Source: a virus
Taxonomy: Duplodnaviria > Caudoviricetes
DNA: 38,609 nucleotides
Virus record (IMG/VR): IMGVR_UViG_3300048578_000333
Location: 1 to 38,609 of that record
Strand: one strand, 5' to 3'
Position 1 is the stretch's first letter; each line of letters starts with the position of its first letter. The position numbers were made by a program, and so were the translations under genes. Under the pieces are notes generated by a model. That model saw nothing but the letters and a program-made list of their open reading frames with translations. It was not told the DNA's origin and did not search any database. Shown piece by piece: positions 17,849 through 25,842 of this stretch.

Positions 17849-17877
17849 AATATGCGCCTTCGGGGCGTTTTCGGCAA
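17849..17877 (-). promoter_or_regulatory. Minus-strand sigma70-type promoter
   Basis: TTGCCG (17877-17872), 17-nt spacer, CATATT (17854-17849); predicted +1 near 17842, the start of the stem. Confidence 0.55.
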
Positions 17878-18058
17878 GCCGCCCGAAATTGGGTCGCTGG
17901 CGGCAGGCGAGCCTCCGGGGCTACGAGCGGACGTAATGTTTCCAGATGGCCGTCCACGGGCTTTGAGCGGCCTTTGAAATTGATTTTGACGCGCCTGCCT
18001 TGACCACCATGTCCGATGCAGCGTACCTCTAGATCACTCCCCTCTTGATCTGGCCGCC

Positions 18059-18106
18059 CCGCTGCACCCATGCAGCGCCACGGCACATGTCATCCCGGTG
18101 CATCGT
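18059..18106 (+). promoter_or_regulatory. Late promoter 2 (protease/capsid operon)
   Basis: CGCTGCA-CCCA-TGCAGCG 18060-18077; CATCGT at 18101-18106. Confidence 0.7.
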
Positions 18107-18113
18107 CGCCGGC

Positions 18114-19082
18114 ATGAAATCGCTCCGCCTCGCCCTCAACTCGGCCATCCTCGCCGTCTGTCGCGCTGTCCCTCAGGCCATGCCGGAGGGCGAAGCCCCC
18201 GAGCGCCTCGCGGTCATTCCGGCCGGCACCATCGTCGGCGTCGATGGTCGAACCTTCATCAACTCCGATCCAGACGCGGTCGTGCGCGCCTTCCGCGATG
18301 GTGGCCGCGACCTGCCGATCGATGTCGAGCACGCCACCCACATCAAGGGACCAGTGGGCGAGCCTGCACCGGCTGTCGGCTGGATGACGGACCTCACTGT
18401 CGAAAACGGCGTCATCATAGCGACCGTTGCCTGGAACAGCACTGGCCGAGCGCTCGTCGGCGACAAGGCCTACCGCTTTACCTCGCCCGCCTTCACGCAT
18501 GATGCATCAGGTCGCGTCATCGCCCTCCGCTCGCTTGGTCTCACCAACGAGCCCAACTTCCCGCAGCTTCCTGCCCTGAACAGAGAGACCACCATGGATC
18601 GCGCCAAGCTTATCGCCTTGCTCGGCCTTGCCGTCACAGCCACCGATGCCGAGATCGAGGCGGCTATCAGCGCCTCACTTGCTCTAAATCGAAAGGGCGC
18701 CCAGCCCGACCCGACGCTCTACGTCCCCAAGGCGGATCTCGACGCCGCGCTCAACCGGGCGACCGCCGCCGAGACGCAGCTCAAGAAGATCTCGGACGAC
18801 GCCGCCGAAGCGGAAGCCGTCGCCCTGGTCGACGGCGCCGTCAAGGATGGCAAGGTCGCCCCGGCAAGCCGCGACCACTACCTCACCCTCTGCCGGTCCG
18901 GCCAAATGGCTACCGTCAAGACGATGCTGGCCACCCTGCCGAAGCTCGGCGCCGCCCAGGACAGCAAGACTGAGGGTGACCCCTCCAAGGATAAGCCCGG
19001 CACGCTCGACGATAATCAGCTCGCCATGTGCCGTCGTCTCGGCATTACCGCCGAGCAGTTCCTCGCCGCCGGCAAGGCCTGA
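18114..19082 (+). CDS. I: Mu gpI-like prohead protease/scaffold
   Basis: IPAG...DGR, LPIDVEH, APAVGW, YRFTSPAF, LGLTNEPN. Confidence 0.93.
   Translation: MKSLRLALNSAILAVCRAVPQAMPEGEAPERLAVIPAGTIVGVDGRTFINSDPDAVVRAFRDGGRDLPIDVEHATHIKGPVGEPAPAVGWMTDLTVENGVIIATVAWNSTGRALVGDKAYRFTSPAFTHDASGRVIALRSLGLTNEPNFPQLPALNRETTMDRAKLIALLGLAVTATDAEIEAAISASLALNRKGAQPDPTLYVPKADLDAALNRATAAETQLKKISDDAAEAEAVALVDGAVKDGKVAPASRDHYLTLCRSGQMATVKTMLATLPKLGAAQDSKTEGDPSKDKPGTLDDNQLAMCRRLGITAEQFLAAGKA
18594..19082 (+). CDS. Putative in-frame internal scaffold protein (Mu gpZ equivalent)
   Basis: ATG after AGAGAG directly after the protease domain (ALNRETT-M), matching the Mu I/Z arrangement. Confidence 0.55.
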   Translation: MDRAKLIALLGLAVTATDAEIEAAISASLALNRKGAQPDPTLYVPKADLDAALNRATAAETQLKKISDDAAEAEAVALVDGAVKDGKVAPASRDHYLTLCRSGQMATVKTMLATLPKLGAAQDSKTEGDPSKDKPGTLDDNQLAMCRRLGITAEQFLAAGKA

Positions 19083-19109
19083 CCCACCTCAACTCCAAAG
19101 GAAACCATC

Positions 19110-19514
19110 ATGGCACTCACAGCCGAGCGCGGCACCTTGAAGAAGGCTAAAGGCCCGCGTTCCTTCCCTCTCGCCGCCGGCGTAAAGGCCACGAAGGGCG
19201 GCATCGCCGTTCTGGCTGCGGGCTATGCCAAGTCCGGCGTGACCGCCCTCAATCTGATCGCTGCGGGCATGTTTATCGAAACCGTCGACAACACCAACGG
19301 GGCAGCCGGCGACAAGCGAGCCGATGTCGAGGAAGGAGAGTTCCTGTTCGCCATCGCCTCGGCCGACCCGGTCGCCCAGGCCGACGTCGGTAGTGACGTC
19401 TTCATCGTCGATGACGAGACCATCGCCAAGACCAACGGCGCCAACACCCGTTCGCGGGCCGGCAAGCTGACCGGCATCGAAGGCGGTCAGGCCTGGGTCA
19501 AGATCGGCCTCTGA
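19110..19514 (+). CDS. Putative capsid decoration/cement protein
   Basis: SD AAGGA; Gly/Ala-rich beta protein between protease and capsid; IVDDETIAKT...SRAG...WVKI. Confidence 0.65.
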   Translation: MALTAERGTLKKAKGPRSFPLAAGVKATKGGIAVLAAGYAKSGVTALNLIAAGMFIETVDNTNGAAGDKRADVEEGEFLFAIASADPVAQADVGSDVFIVDDETIAKTNGANTRSRAGKLTGIEGGQAWVKIGL

Positions 19515-19548
19515 TCCCAGCACCTCCTACTCCGAAAGATCGTAGATC

Positions 19549-20445
19549 ATGGACATCACCCGGCAGAACATCGCTAACCTGACGCAGGGCTTCAAAACCA
19601 ACTTCATGACGGGTTTTGCCGGCGTTACTCCCACTTGGCCTCAGGTCGCAACCGAGACCAACTCAACGACGGCCGAAGAGGTCTACGCCTGGCTCAATGC
19701 CTTTCCCCGTATGCGCGAGTGGATCGGTTCTCGCGTCATCAGGTCGCTGAGCCAGAGCCAGTACAAGATCCGCAATCGGCCTTGGGAAGATACCGTGTCC
19801 CTTCCAGTGGACGCTGTGGAAGATGACCAGTATGGTATTTATGCCAAGCCCATGGAGGGGCTTGGTCAGGCCGCCGCCGAGCATCCTGACGAACTGGTCT
19901 GGAAGCAGCTCGCTGACGGCTTCACCGGTGAATGCTTCGACGGCCAAGCCTTCTTCGACGTGGACCACCCCGTCGGCGACAAGGCCAAGAACAACGTCGT
20001 TTCGGTGTCCAACATGCAGGCCGGCGCCGGCCCCGCCTGGTTCCTCATCGACAGCCGCCGGCCGCTGAAGCCGATCATCTTTCAGAAGCGCAAGGCGGTG
20101 CAGTTCGTCGCCAAGACGAAGGTCGACGACGACAATGTCTTCTTCGACAAGGAACTGATCTGGGGCGCCGATGCCCGTTACGCGACTGGCTATGGCTTCT
20201 GGCAGGTGGCATTCGGCTCGAAGGCTGATCTCACCAGCGACAACTTCAACGCTGCACGCACGGCGATGATGCAATTCACCAACGACGAGGGCGGCAAGCT
20301 CGGCATCAAGCCGACGCACCTCGTGATTGGGCCATCGCTCGGCAAGAAGGCCCGCGCGCTTCTGACCGCCGAATATGGCGCCAACGGAGCCTCCAACGTC
20401 GACAAGGGCCTCGTCGATGTCATCGAGAGCCCCTGGCTCGACTGA
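19549..20445 (+). CDS. T: Major capsid protein (Mu gpT)
   Basis: YAWLNAFPRMREWIG, EDDQYGIY, CFDGQAFFDVDHPV, KPIIFQKR, GYGFWQ. Confidence 0.95.
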   Translation: MDITRQNIANLTQGFKTNFMTGFAGVTPTWPQVATETNSTTAEEVYAWLNAFPRMREWIGSRVIRSLSQSQYKIRNRPWEDTVSLPVDAVEDDQYGIYAKPMEGLGQAAAEHPDELVWKQLADGFTGECFDGQAFFDVDHPVGDKAKNNVVSVSNMQAGAGPAWFLIDSRRPLKPIIFQKRKAVQFVAKTKVDDDNVFFDKELIWGADARYATGYGFWQVAFGSKADLTSDNFNAARTAMMQFTNDEGGKLGIKPTHLVIGPSLGKKARALLTAEYGANGASNVDKGLVDVIESPWLD

Positions 20446-20537
20446 TCGGCATCGCCGATCGGCCCAGGCAAGCCCGCCCCGGTTTGGCCGGGGCGGAGCT
20501 TCCCCGGCTGGCCTTGAGGGCCTGCCCGGCAAGCTCC
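20444..20537 (+). other. Three tandem GC-rich hairpins after the capsid gene
   Basis: 20444-20460, 20474-20496 and 20495-20537; no U-tract. Confidence 0.5.
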
Positions 20538-20558
20538 ACCAGCGAAAGGAACCACCTC

Positions 20559-21104
20559 ATGGCGAGGACCCTGAAGGCCACTCCGGCCGCGAAGAATGAT
20601 GCCGTGAAGACCGGCCCCGAAATCACCGAAGATGCCGGGAAGGTCGTGACCGCCAACGCGGCCGACACCGAGGCGACCGAGGCCGCGACAATACCCGCGA
20701 GCGAAGAGACCGGGGGAGACGGCGCTACGGCCGTCTCCCCGCAGGCTTCCCCCGAACCCACGACCGAAAATTCCGACGGTGGCTCCAACGGCGCCGAAGC
20801 AGCGCCGGCCGCGACCGTCGAAGGCATCGCTCCTGCCGATGCCCCGAAGGCCGTGGCGCCGGAGCTGGTCACGGCCGACTCTCCTGAGGCGTATGAGCCT
20901 GACGAGGATGATGACGATCCGGCCCGCGTGATCTGCCGTGTGCGGGCGGTTGGAGGTCCGCGCCGCCGCGCCGGTTTTGCCTTCGATACGACGCCCCGGC
21001 AGCTCACCCGCGATGATCTCGGTGGCACCAACGAGAAGATCAGCGCCACGCTCCATATCCTCGCCGCCGATCCCCGCCTTTCGCTTCTTCCGCCCACAGA
21101 CTGA
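20559..21104 (+). CDS. Mu gp35 / HI1506-like protein with acidic low-complexity N-terminus
   Basis: SD AAAGGA; C-terminal RRRAGFAF...LAADPRL. Confidence 0.75.
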   Translation: MARTLKATPAAKNDAVKTGPEITEDAGKVVTANAADTEATEAATIPASEETGGDGATAVSPQASPEPTTENSDGGSNGAEAAPAATVEGIAPADAPKAVAPELVTADSPEAYEPDEDDDDPARVICRVRAVGGPRRRAGFAFDTTPRQLTRDDLGGTNEKISATLHILAADPRLSLLPPTD

Positions 21105-21112
21105 GACCCAAT

Positions 21113-21574
21113 ATGCCCGCCGCCTTCGCCACCTTGACCGATCTTCAGGAGCGCCATCCGCAGGAAGTCATCCTGCTCGGCGCCGACGAGGCGACCGGCC
21201 TCCTTGACGAAGTCAGGGTGACGCGGGCGCTCGATGACGCCTCGATCGAGGCGCGGACCATTCTCGCCGCGCGCTATAGCGCGACCGAGATGGGCCGGCT
21301 CGACGCCGATGGCCTCGCCATCCTCAGGATCTACGTGATGGACATCGCCCTCTACCGGGTGGCGCTGTCATTCAGCCGCCTGACCGATGAAATCCGCGAG
21401 CGCTATCAGGCTGCGGTCAAGCGTCTGGAGGCGATTGCCGCCGGCAAGGGCGCCCTGTCGCTCCTAGGCGAGAAGCCAGCCGGGGGTGACGCCGGCGCCG
21501 AGACGTCCAGTGGTGGCGCGGCCATCGTCGCGCCGGAGCCCTTCTTCCCGCGCCGTGGTGGAGGCCTCTGGTGA
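21113..21574 (+). CDS. Mu gp36 (DUF1320) head-tail adaptor
   Basis: FATLTDL, ALDDAS, DIALYR, RYQAAVKRLEAIAAGK. Confidence 0.9.
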   Translation: MPAAFATLTDLQERHPQEVILLGADEATGLLDEVRVTRALDDASIEARTILAARYSATEMGRLDADGLAILRIYVMDIALYRVALSFSRLTDEIRERYQAAVKRLEAIAAGKGALSLLGEKPAGGDAGAETSSGGAAIVAPEPFFPRRGGGLW

Positions 21575-22050
21575 GCGGCTCCATCGTCGTCGACATCAAT
21601 GACCTTGAACTCGCGGCCGACAAGATTGCTGCGTTGGCAAGCGTCGACCCGTCCGACCTGATGACCAACATCGGCGCGATCGGCGAGAGTCAGACCCGCC
21701 GTCGGATCACCGATGAGAAAGCCTCGCCGGACGGCACGCCTTGGCCGCCGAACCGCGCGGGCACGTCGATCCTGCTCAAGACGGGCGAACATCTGCTTGG
21801 CTCGGTCGCTTTCGTCGCTTCGGCAACGGAGGCTCAATGGGGAGCGAGCTGGGAGTATGCGCATGTCCACCAGGACGGCATGACGATCAAACCGAAAGAT
21901 GCCAAGCGCCTCGCCTTCGTGATCGGCAACCAGCAGATCTTCGCTCGTCAGGTCACCATCCCACCGCGCCCGTTCGTCGGCATTTCCGACGACAATCGCG
22001 AAGAGATCTCTGAAATCGTCACCGACTGGATGGGGAGCCTCCTGCAGTGA
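21571..22050 (+). CDS. Virion morphogenesis protein (Mu gpG / P2 gpS family)
   Basis: SPDGTPW, YAHVHQDG, IPPRPFVGIS. Confidence 0.9.
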   Translation: MSGSIVVDINDLELAADKIAALASVDPSDLMTNIGAIGESQTRRRITDEKASPDGTPWPPNRAGTSILLKTGEHLLGSVAFVASATEAQWGASWEYAHVHQDGMTIKPKDAKRLAFVIGNQQIFARQVTIPPRPFVGISDDNREEISEIVTDWMGSLLQ

Positions 22051-22679
22051 TCGAGCCCATCGCCCTCCCCGCCCTGGTCGAGGCCGATCCTGTGAAGGGC
22101 TGGCAATCGGCGATCGTCGCCACGATCGACGGCCTGCTGACCGGCGTCACCGTCCGGTCGCACCCCGGCAAGGTCGATATCTCCCAGATGATGGCAAAGA
22201 CGATCGTGCCGGCACCGGGCATTGCGCTGGGTTGGTCGCGCGTCCGGCCGGAGAAGTACATCGATGGCCGCTATGATCTCACGGTCGACTGGTCGGCCTA
22301 TATCGTCGTCGAGGACGCGGTGCTGTCCGGCAAGCGCGTCGACCGAGACCGGATCGGCTTTGCTGTCGGCTCCTATCTCCTGCAGATCCTCGCCGACCCC
22401 GACGTCGCCCTCTGGGGGATGACATCGGTCACCATGCCGGCCGAAAAGCCGCCGGCGCAGCTCACGCCCCTATTCGCGGTCGCCGACGAAGCTCGGGGCA
22501 CCAACTATCTCGCCGTCACCTGGACGCAGAGCCTGATCGCGCAGGGGCCGGGCCTCTTTGGCGGCCCGACACCCGGCCTCACCAAAGTGGTCGACGACGA
22601 CGGACACGCGGCGATCGACGCCGATTTCGGGGACGAGGTGCCGCTGGCCGTCCGCGCTTTGTGGAAGGAAGCGCCGTGA
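22047..22679 (+). CDS. Putative tail terminator (Mu gp37-like)
   Basis: Position; HPGKVD...APGIALGW...AVTWTQ. Confidence 0.6.
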   Translation: MIEPIALPALVEADPVKGWQSAIVATIDGLLTGVTVRSHPGKVDISQMMAKTIVPAPGIALGWSRVRPEKYIDGRYDLTVDWSAYIVVEDAVLSGKRVDRDRIGFAVGSYLLQILADPDVALWGMTSVTMPAEKPPAQLTPLFAVADEARGTNYLAVTWTQSLIAQGPGLFGGPTPGLTKVVDDDGHAAIDADFGDEVPLAVRALWKEAP

Positions 22680-23224
22680 GCCTCGTCCGCGAGATCCGCA
22701 TCCTGACCCGCCGCCTCGTCGAAACCGAAAGGCGCATGGCGCAAATGGTCCTGCCGGGTCGCGTCGCCGTGGTCGACCACGACAAGCGCCGCCTGCGCCT
22801 GGAGATCGGCAAGGCGGACGACGGCGCCGCCATCCTGTCGCCCTGGGTGCGCTGGCCCGAGGCATCGACCGGCACACTCAAAGTCCATGTTCCGCCACCG
22901 ATCGGCACGCCGATGACGCTGATCTCACCGAGCGGCACAGTGGGTGCCGGCTCGATCGCCCAGTGGGGCGCCTACACCGACGCCGACGCCGCGCCGTCCA
23001 AAGCCTCGGACGCAGCCGTTATCGCTTTCGGAGACACGGTCATCACCATCCAGGGCGACCGCGCGGCGATCGAGACGGCCAAGCTGTCGATAAAGGCCGA
23101 CGTCGAGATCGAGGGCGACATCACCACGACCGGATCGATCACGAACAACGGCGTCCGGATCGACTCCACGCACGTGCACAGCGGCGTCCTCAGGGGCGGC
23201 GAACGCACAAATCAGCCAATCTAG
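22676..23224 (+). CDS. Baseplate spike (P2 gpV-like)
   Basis: OB-fold GRVAVVD...SPWVRW...PPPIG; C-terminal HVHSGV iron-binding HxH. Confidence 0.9.
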   Translation: MSLVREIRILTRRLVETERRMAQMVLPGRVAVVDHDKRRLRLEIGKADDGAAILSPWVRWPEASTGTLKVHVPPPIGTPMTLISPSGTVGAGSIAQWGAYTDADAAPSKASDAAVIAFGDTVITIQGDRAAIETAKLSIKADVEIEGDITTTGSITNNGVRIDSTHVHSGVLRGGERTNQPI

Positions 23225-23232
23225 GAGCCCTC

Positions 23233-23430
23233 ATGAAATACGTCGTCACCGACACCGCCCCGCCCCGCGTCGCCGGCCGCCGCGTCAAAGCCGGCGACAC
23301 CATCGAGCTGACCGACAAGGCGGCCCGCTATGAGCTGACCGCCTGTCACATCAAGCCGCTCCTCGAGGAGACTTCGAACCCGGTTGAAACCGTCGTCGAA
23401 ACGCCCTCGAAGGGCAAAGCAAAGAGCTGA
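23233..23430 (+). CDS. Small tail-associated hypothetical protein
   Basis: SD AGGAG; GDTIELTDKAARY. Confidence 0.7.
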   Translation: MKYVVTDTAPPRVAGRRVKAGDTIELTDKAARYELTACHIKPLLEETSNPVETVVETPSKGKAKS

Positions 23431-23435
23431 AGGGC

Positions 23436-23846
23436 ATGGCCGCCATCCGCTACCGCACCGGCATCGATCGCGTCACCGGCCAGCCTCTGACCGGCTGGCC
23501 GCACGTGTGCCAGTCGCTCGGCATCATCTGGACGACGGTGATGGGCCAGATCGTGATGCGGCTGGACCTGGGCACGCGCCTACGATCGTGGCTGGCCGAG
23601 GACATCAATACGGAGACGGCCCTCGGCATCTACGACGAACTGATCACATCGGCCGAGACCTGGGAACCCGAGTACCGCGTCAAGGAGCTGCAGCTCTTGC
23701 GCATCACCCGCGACGGCGGCCTCGGGCTCCGCCACGGCGGGCTTTACTATCCTGAGGGCCGTTACGGCAATTACTCTATCGCGCTACCGGTCGGGTCTCG
23801 CCTAAAGCTCACCGCTGACCGCCTGCAGACGCGGGGGCCGCACTGA
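23436..23846 (+). CDS. Baseplate wedge gpW/gp25 family
   Basis: GIDRVTG...HVCQSLGIIWTT...WEPE. Confidence 0.88.
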   Translation: MAAIRYRTGIDRVTGQPLTGWPHVCQSLGIIWTTVMGQIVMRLDLGTRLRSWLAEDINTETALGIYDELITSAETWEPEYRVKELQLLRITRDGGLGLRHGGLYYPEGRYGNYSIALPVGSRLKLTADRLQTRGPH

Positions 23847-24715
23847 TGGCCGATCCCGCGCTCACCTACCTTGCCAGCCTGCCCAAACCCAAGGTCATCG
23901 AGGAGCTGGACTTCGAGACCATCCTTGCCGACCGCAAGGCCGACCTGGTCGCCCGCATGCAGGACTTCGGCATCGACTACAGCGTGGAGATGCTGGAGAC
24001 CGACGCAGCCATCATCCAGCTCCGGGAGGCCTCATTTCGGGAGGTGCAACTCCGGGGCCTCGGTAACGACATCGCCCGTGCCCGATACAGGGCCTTCGCC
24101 ACCGGCGCCGACCTCGACCATCTCGCAGAGTTCTACGGCGTCATCCGCCTGGATGGAGAGAATGACGAGCGCCTCAACATGCGGGTCACACTCGCCCAGC
24201 AGGGTGCGTCGGTGGCCGGTCCCGAGGCATACTTCCAGCGGCTCGCGATGGGCGCTTCGATCCGTGTTGCCGACGTCAAGGTCTGGCGCGAGGACGTCCT
24301 GCCAATCCTTCACGTATCGGTCCTCTCGACCGACAACAACGGGGTGGCAGACGCCGAGCTGCTCGGCATCGTTCGCGAGGCCGTCGCGGGTGATGCCGCC
24401 CGCCCGATGACGACCGGTACCATCATCGTCGAGGCGGGTGTCAAGCGGCTGATCAATGTGGCCGCCTCGGTCACGCTGTTGACCGGCACCGCCGAGGCGC
24501 TGCTCGACGCGATCGAGGCCGGCCTGCCAGCCACCTGGGCGGCGATCGGCGATGGCGGCCGTGATCTGACGCTAGATTGGATCAAGGCGCAAATCATGGT
24601 GCCCGGTGTCTACGGCGCCACCATTACGTCGCCTGCGGTTGACCAGATCGCTGATGACAAGGAGTGGCTGAGGATCGGTACCGTCGCGCTGACGCCGGGC
24701 GGGAGAGCTTATTGA
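23846..24715 (+). CDS. Baseplate J protein
   Basis: PKVIEELDFETI, ATGADLDHL, SVAGPEAY. Confidence 0.92.
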   Translation: MADPALTYLASLPKPKVIEELDFETILADRKADLVARMQDFGIDYSVEMLETDAAIIQLREASFREVQLRGLGNDIARARYRAFATGADLDHLAEFYGVIRLDGENDERLNMRVTLAQQGASVAGPEAYFQRLAMGASIRVADVKVWREDVLPILHVSVLSTDNNGVADAELLGIVREAVAGDAARPMTTGTIIVEAGVKRLINVAASVTLLTGTAEALLDAIEAGLPATWAAIGDGGRDLTLDWIKAQIMVPGVYGATITSPAVDQIADDKEWLRIGTVALTPGGRAY

Positions 24716-25842
24716 TGGTAGCGCTCGACCGAATCTCCGCAGACAACGCCTCTGACCGCGAGCTGGCCATCGGTGAAACGGTCAATGTGCTGGCGCGGCT
24801 CGCCGACGATTTCGCCCGCATCCGCGCCAATGACATCGCCCCGGCGCCGGAGTGGCTGCCCTATCTGGCGGCCGAATACGGCCTCGGCGAGCTGATCCCA
24901 TACGTGCCCGATCTGGCACAACTCATCGCGGTCGGGCCAGCTTGGCAACGTAAGCGCGGCACGCCGGCCGCGATCGCCACAGGCCTTGGGTGGGTCGGCT
25001 ATGCCGCTACCCTCGAATGGGCATTGCCCCGTCGGCGCCGTTGGCACCTCTGGCAGATGAAGCTATCGCGCCTGCCTGATACCGAGCGCCCCGACCTCGA
25101 TCGGATCGACGGCATCGCCTCGCTCAGCGACGATGCGACCTCGCATTTCTGGCGCGGCTATCGCGGCTACGACGTCCGGCCGGCCGAAAGCGGCAACCGC
25201 CGCTGGGGCAGTGCCATGTGGGGCGCCTCATCCGGTGTCCGCATCCGGGGTCGCGGAGCGCTCTGGTCGTTCGGTCGGCGCCTCGACGTCGACCGGGTTG
25301 CCACTCAGGCGGATTTGACCGCCCTAGGTGCCTGGATACCTCCGGCCGGCACCTCAGACCTATGGGCGGACATGTCTCTCCCGTGGGTGACAGCCGACTA
25401 TCTCTGGGCCGTGCCCGGTGCCGCCGCCCGTCGGCTTGCCATTGCATCGGATCTGGCCGGGCGGAAATGGCACCTCGTGTTTCGCGATGCTGGCGGCGTG
25501 ATGATTGGTGCCTGCCGAGCCATACGTCATGCCGTGGCTGAGGCGCCCACCGGCGCCTATCGCATCGGCCCCGGCCGTTGGTCGCCTTCGCCAACGCCCA
25601 CAGCCGCGTTGATCCGCGCAACATCGCCGTTCGCGGTGCCGGCGGCCGGTCGTGTCGTCGCATCGATCGGCATCGTCTCCGGCGCTGCCCTTTCCGATGG
25701 CGTTCCGCCCGGCCGGCATTGGCTGACGCCCGACGAAATCGACTTGTCGGCCGGCACCGAAATCATCATCACCACCGGCCTCGCACTGCCGCTCGCCGCG
25801 ACGATCCGCGAGATCGTCACGATACTCCTGAGGATCGACTGA
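24715..25842 (+). CDS. Tail protein I-like (extended)
   Basis: WLPYLAAEYGL...WQRKRGTPAAI; follows J. Confidence 0.8.
   Translation: MVALDRISADNASDRELAIGETVNVLARLADDFARIRANDIAPAPEWLPYLAAEYGLGELIPYVPDLAQLIAVGPAWQRKRGTPAAIATGLGWVGYAATLEWALPRRRRWHLWQMKLSRLPDTERPDLDRIDGIASLSDDATSHFWRGYRGYDVRPAESGNRRWGSAMWGASSGVRIRGRGALWSFGRRLDVDRVATQADLTALGAWIPPAGTSDLWADMSLPWVTADYLWAVPGAAARRLAIASDLAGRKWHLVFRDAGGVMIGACRAIRHAVAEAPTGAYRIGPGRWSPSPTPTAALIRATSPFAVPAAGRVVASIGIVSGAALSDGVPPGRHWLTPDEIDLSAGTEIIITTGLALPLAATIREIVTILLRID

Noticed and set aside
17783-17977. 64-aa + strand ORF coupled by ATGA to the MuF stop; possible immunity protein
   Set aside because: No recognisable motif, Gly/Pro/Arg-rich, and it runs across the stem-loop and reverse promoter. 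Not fully excluded; conservation or ribosome profiling would decide.
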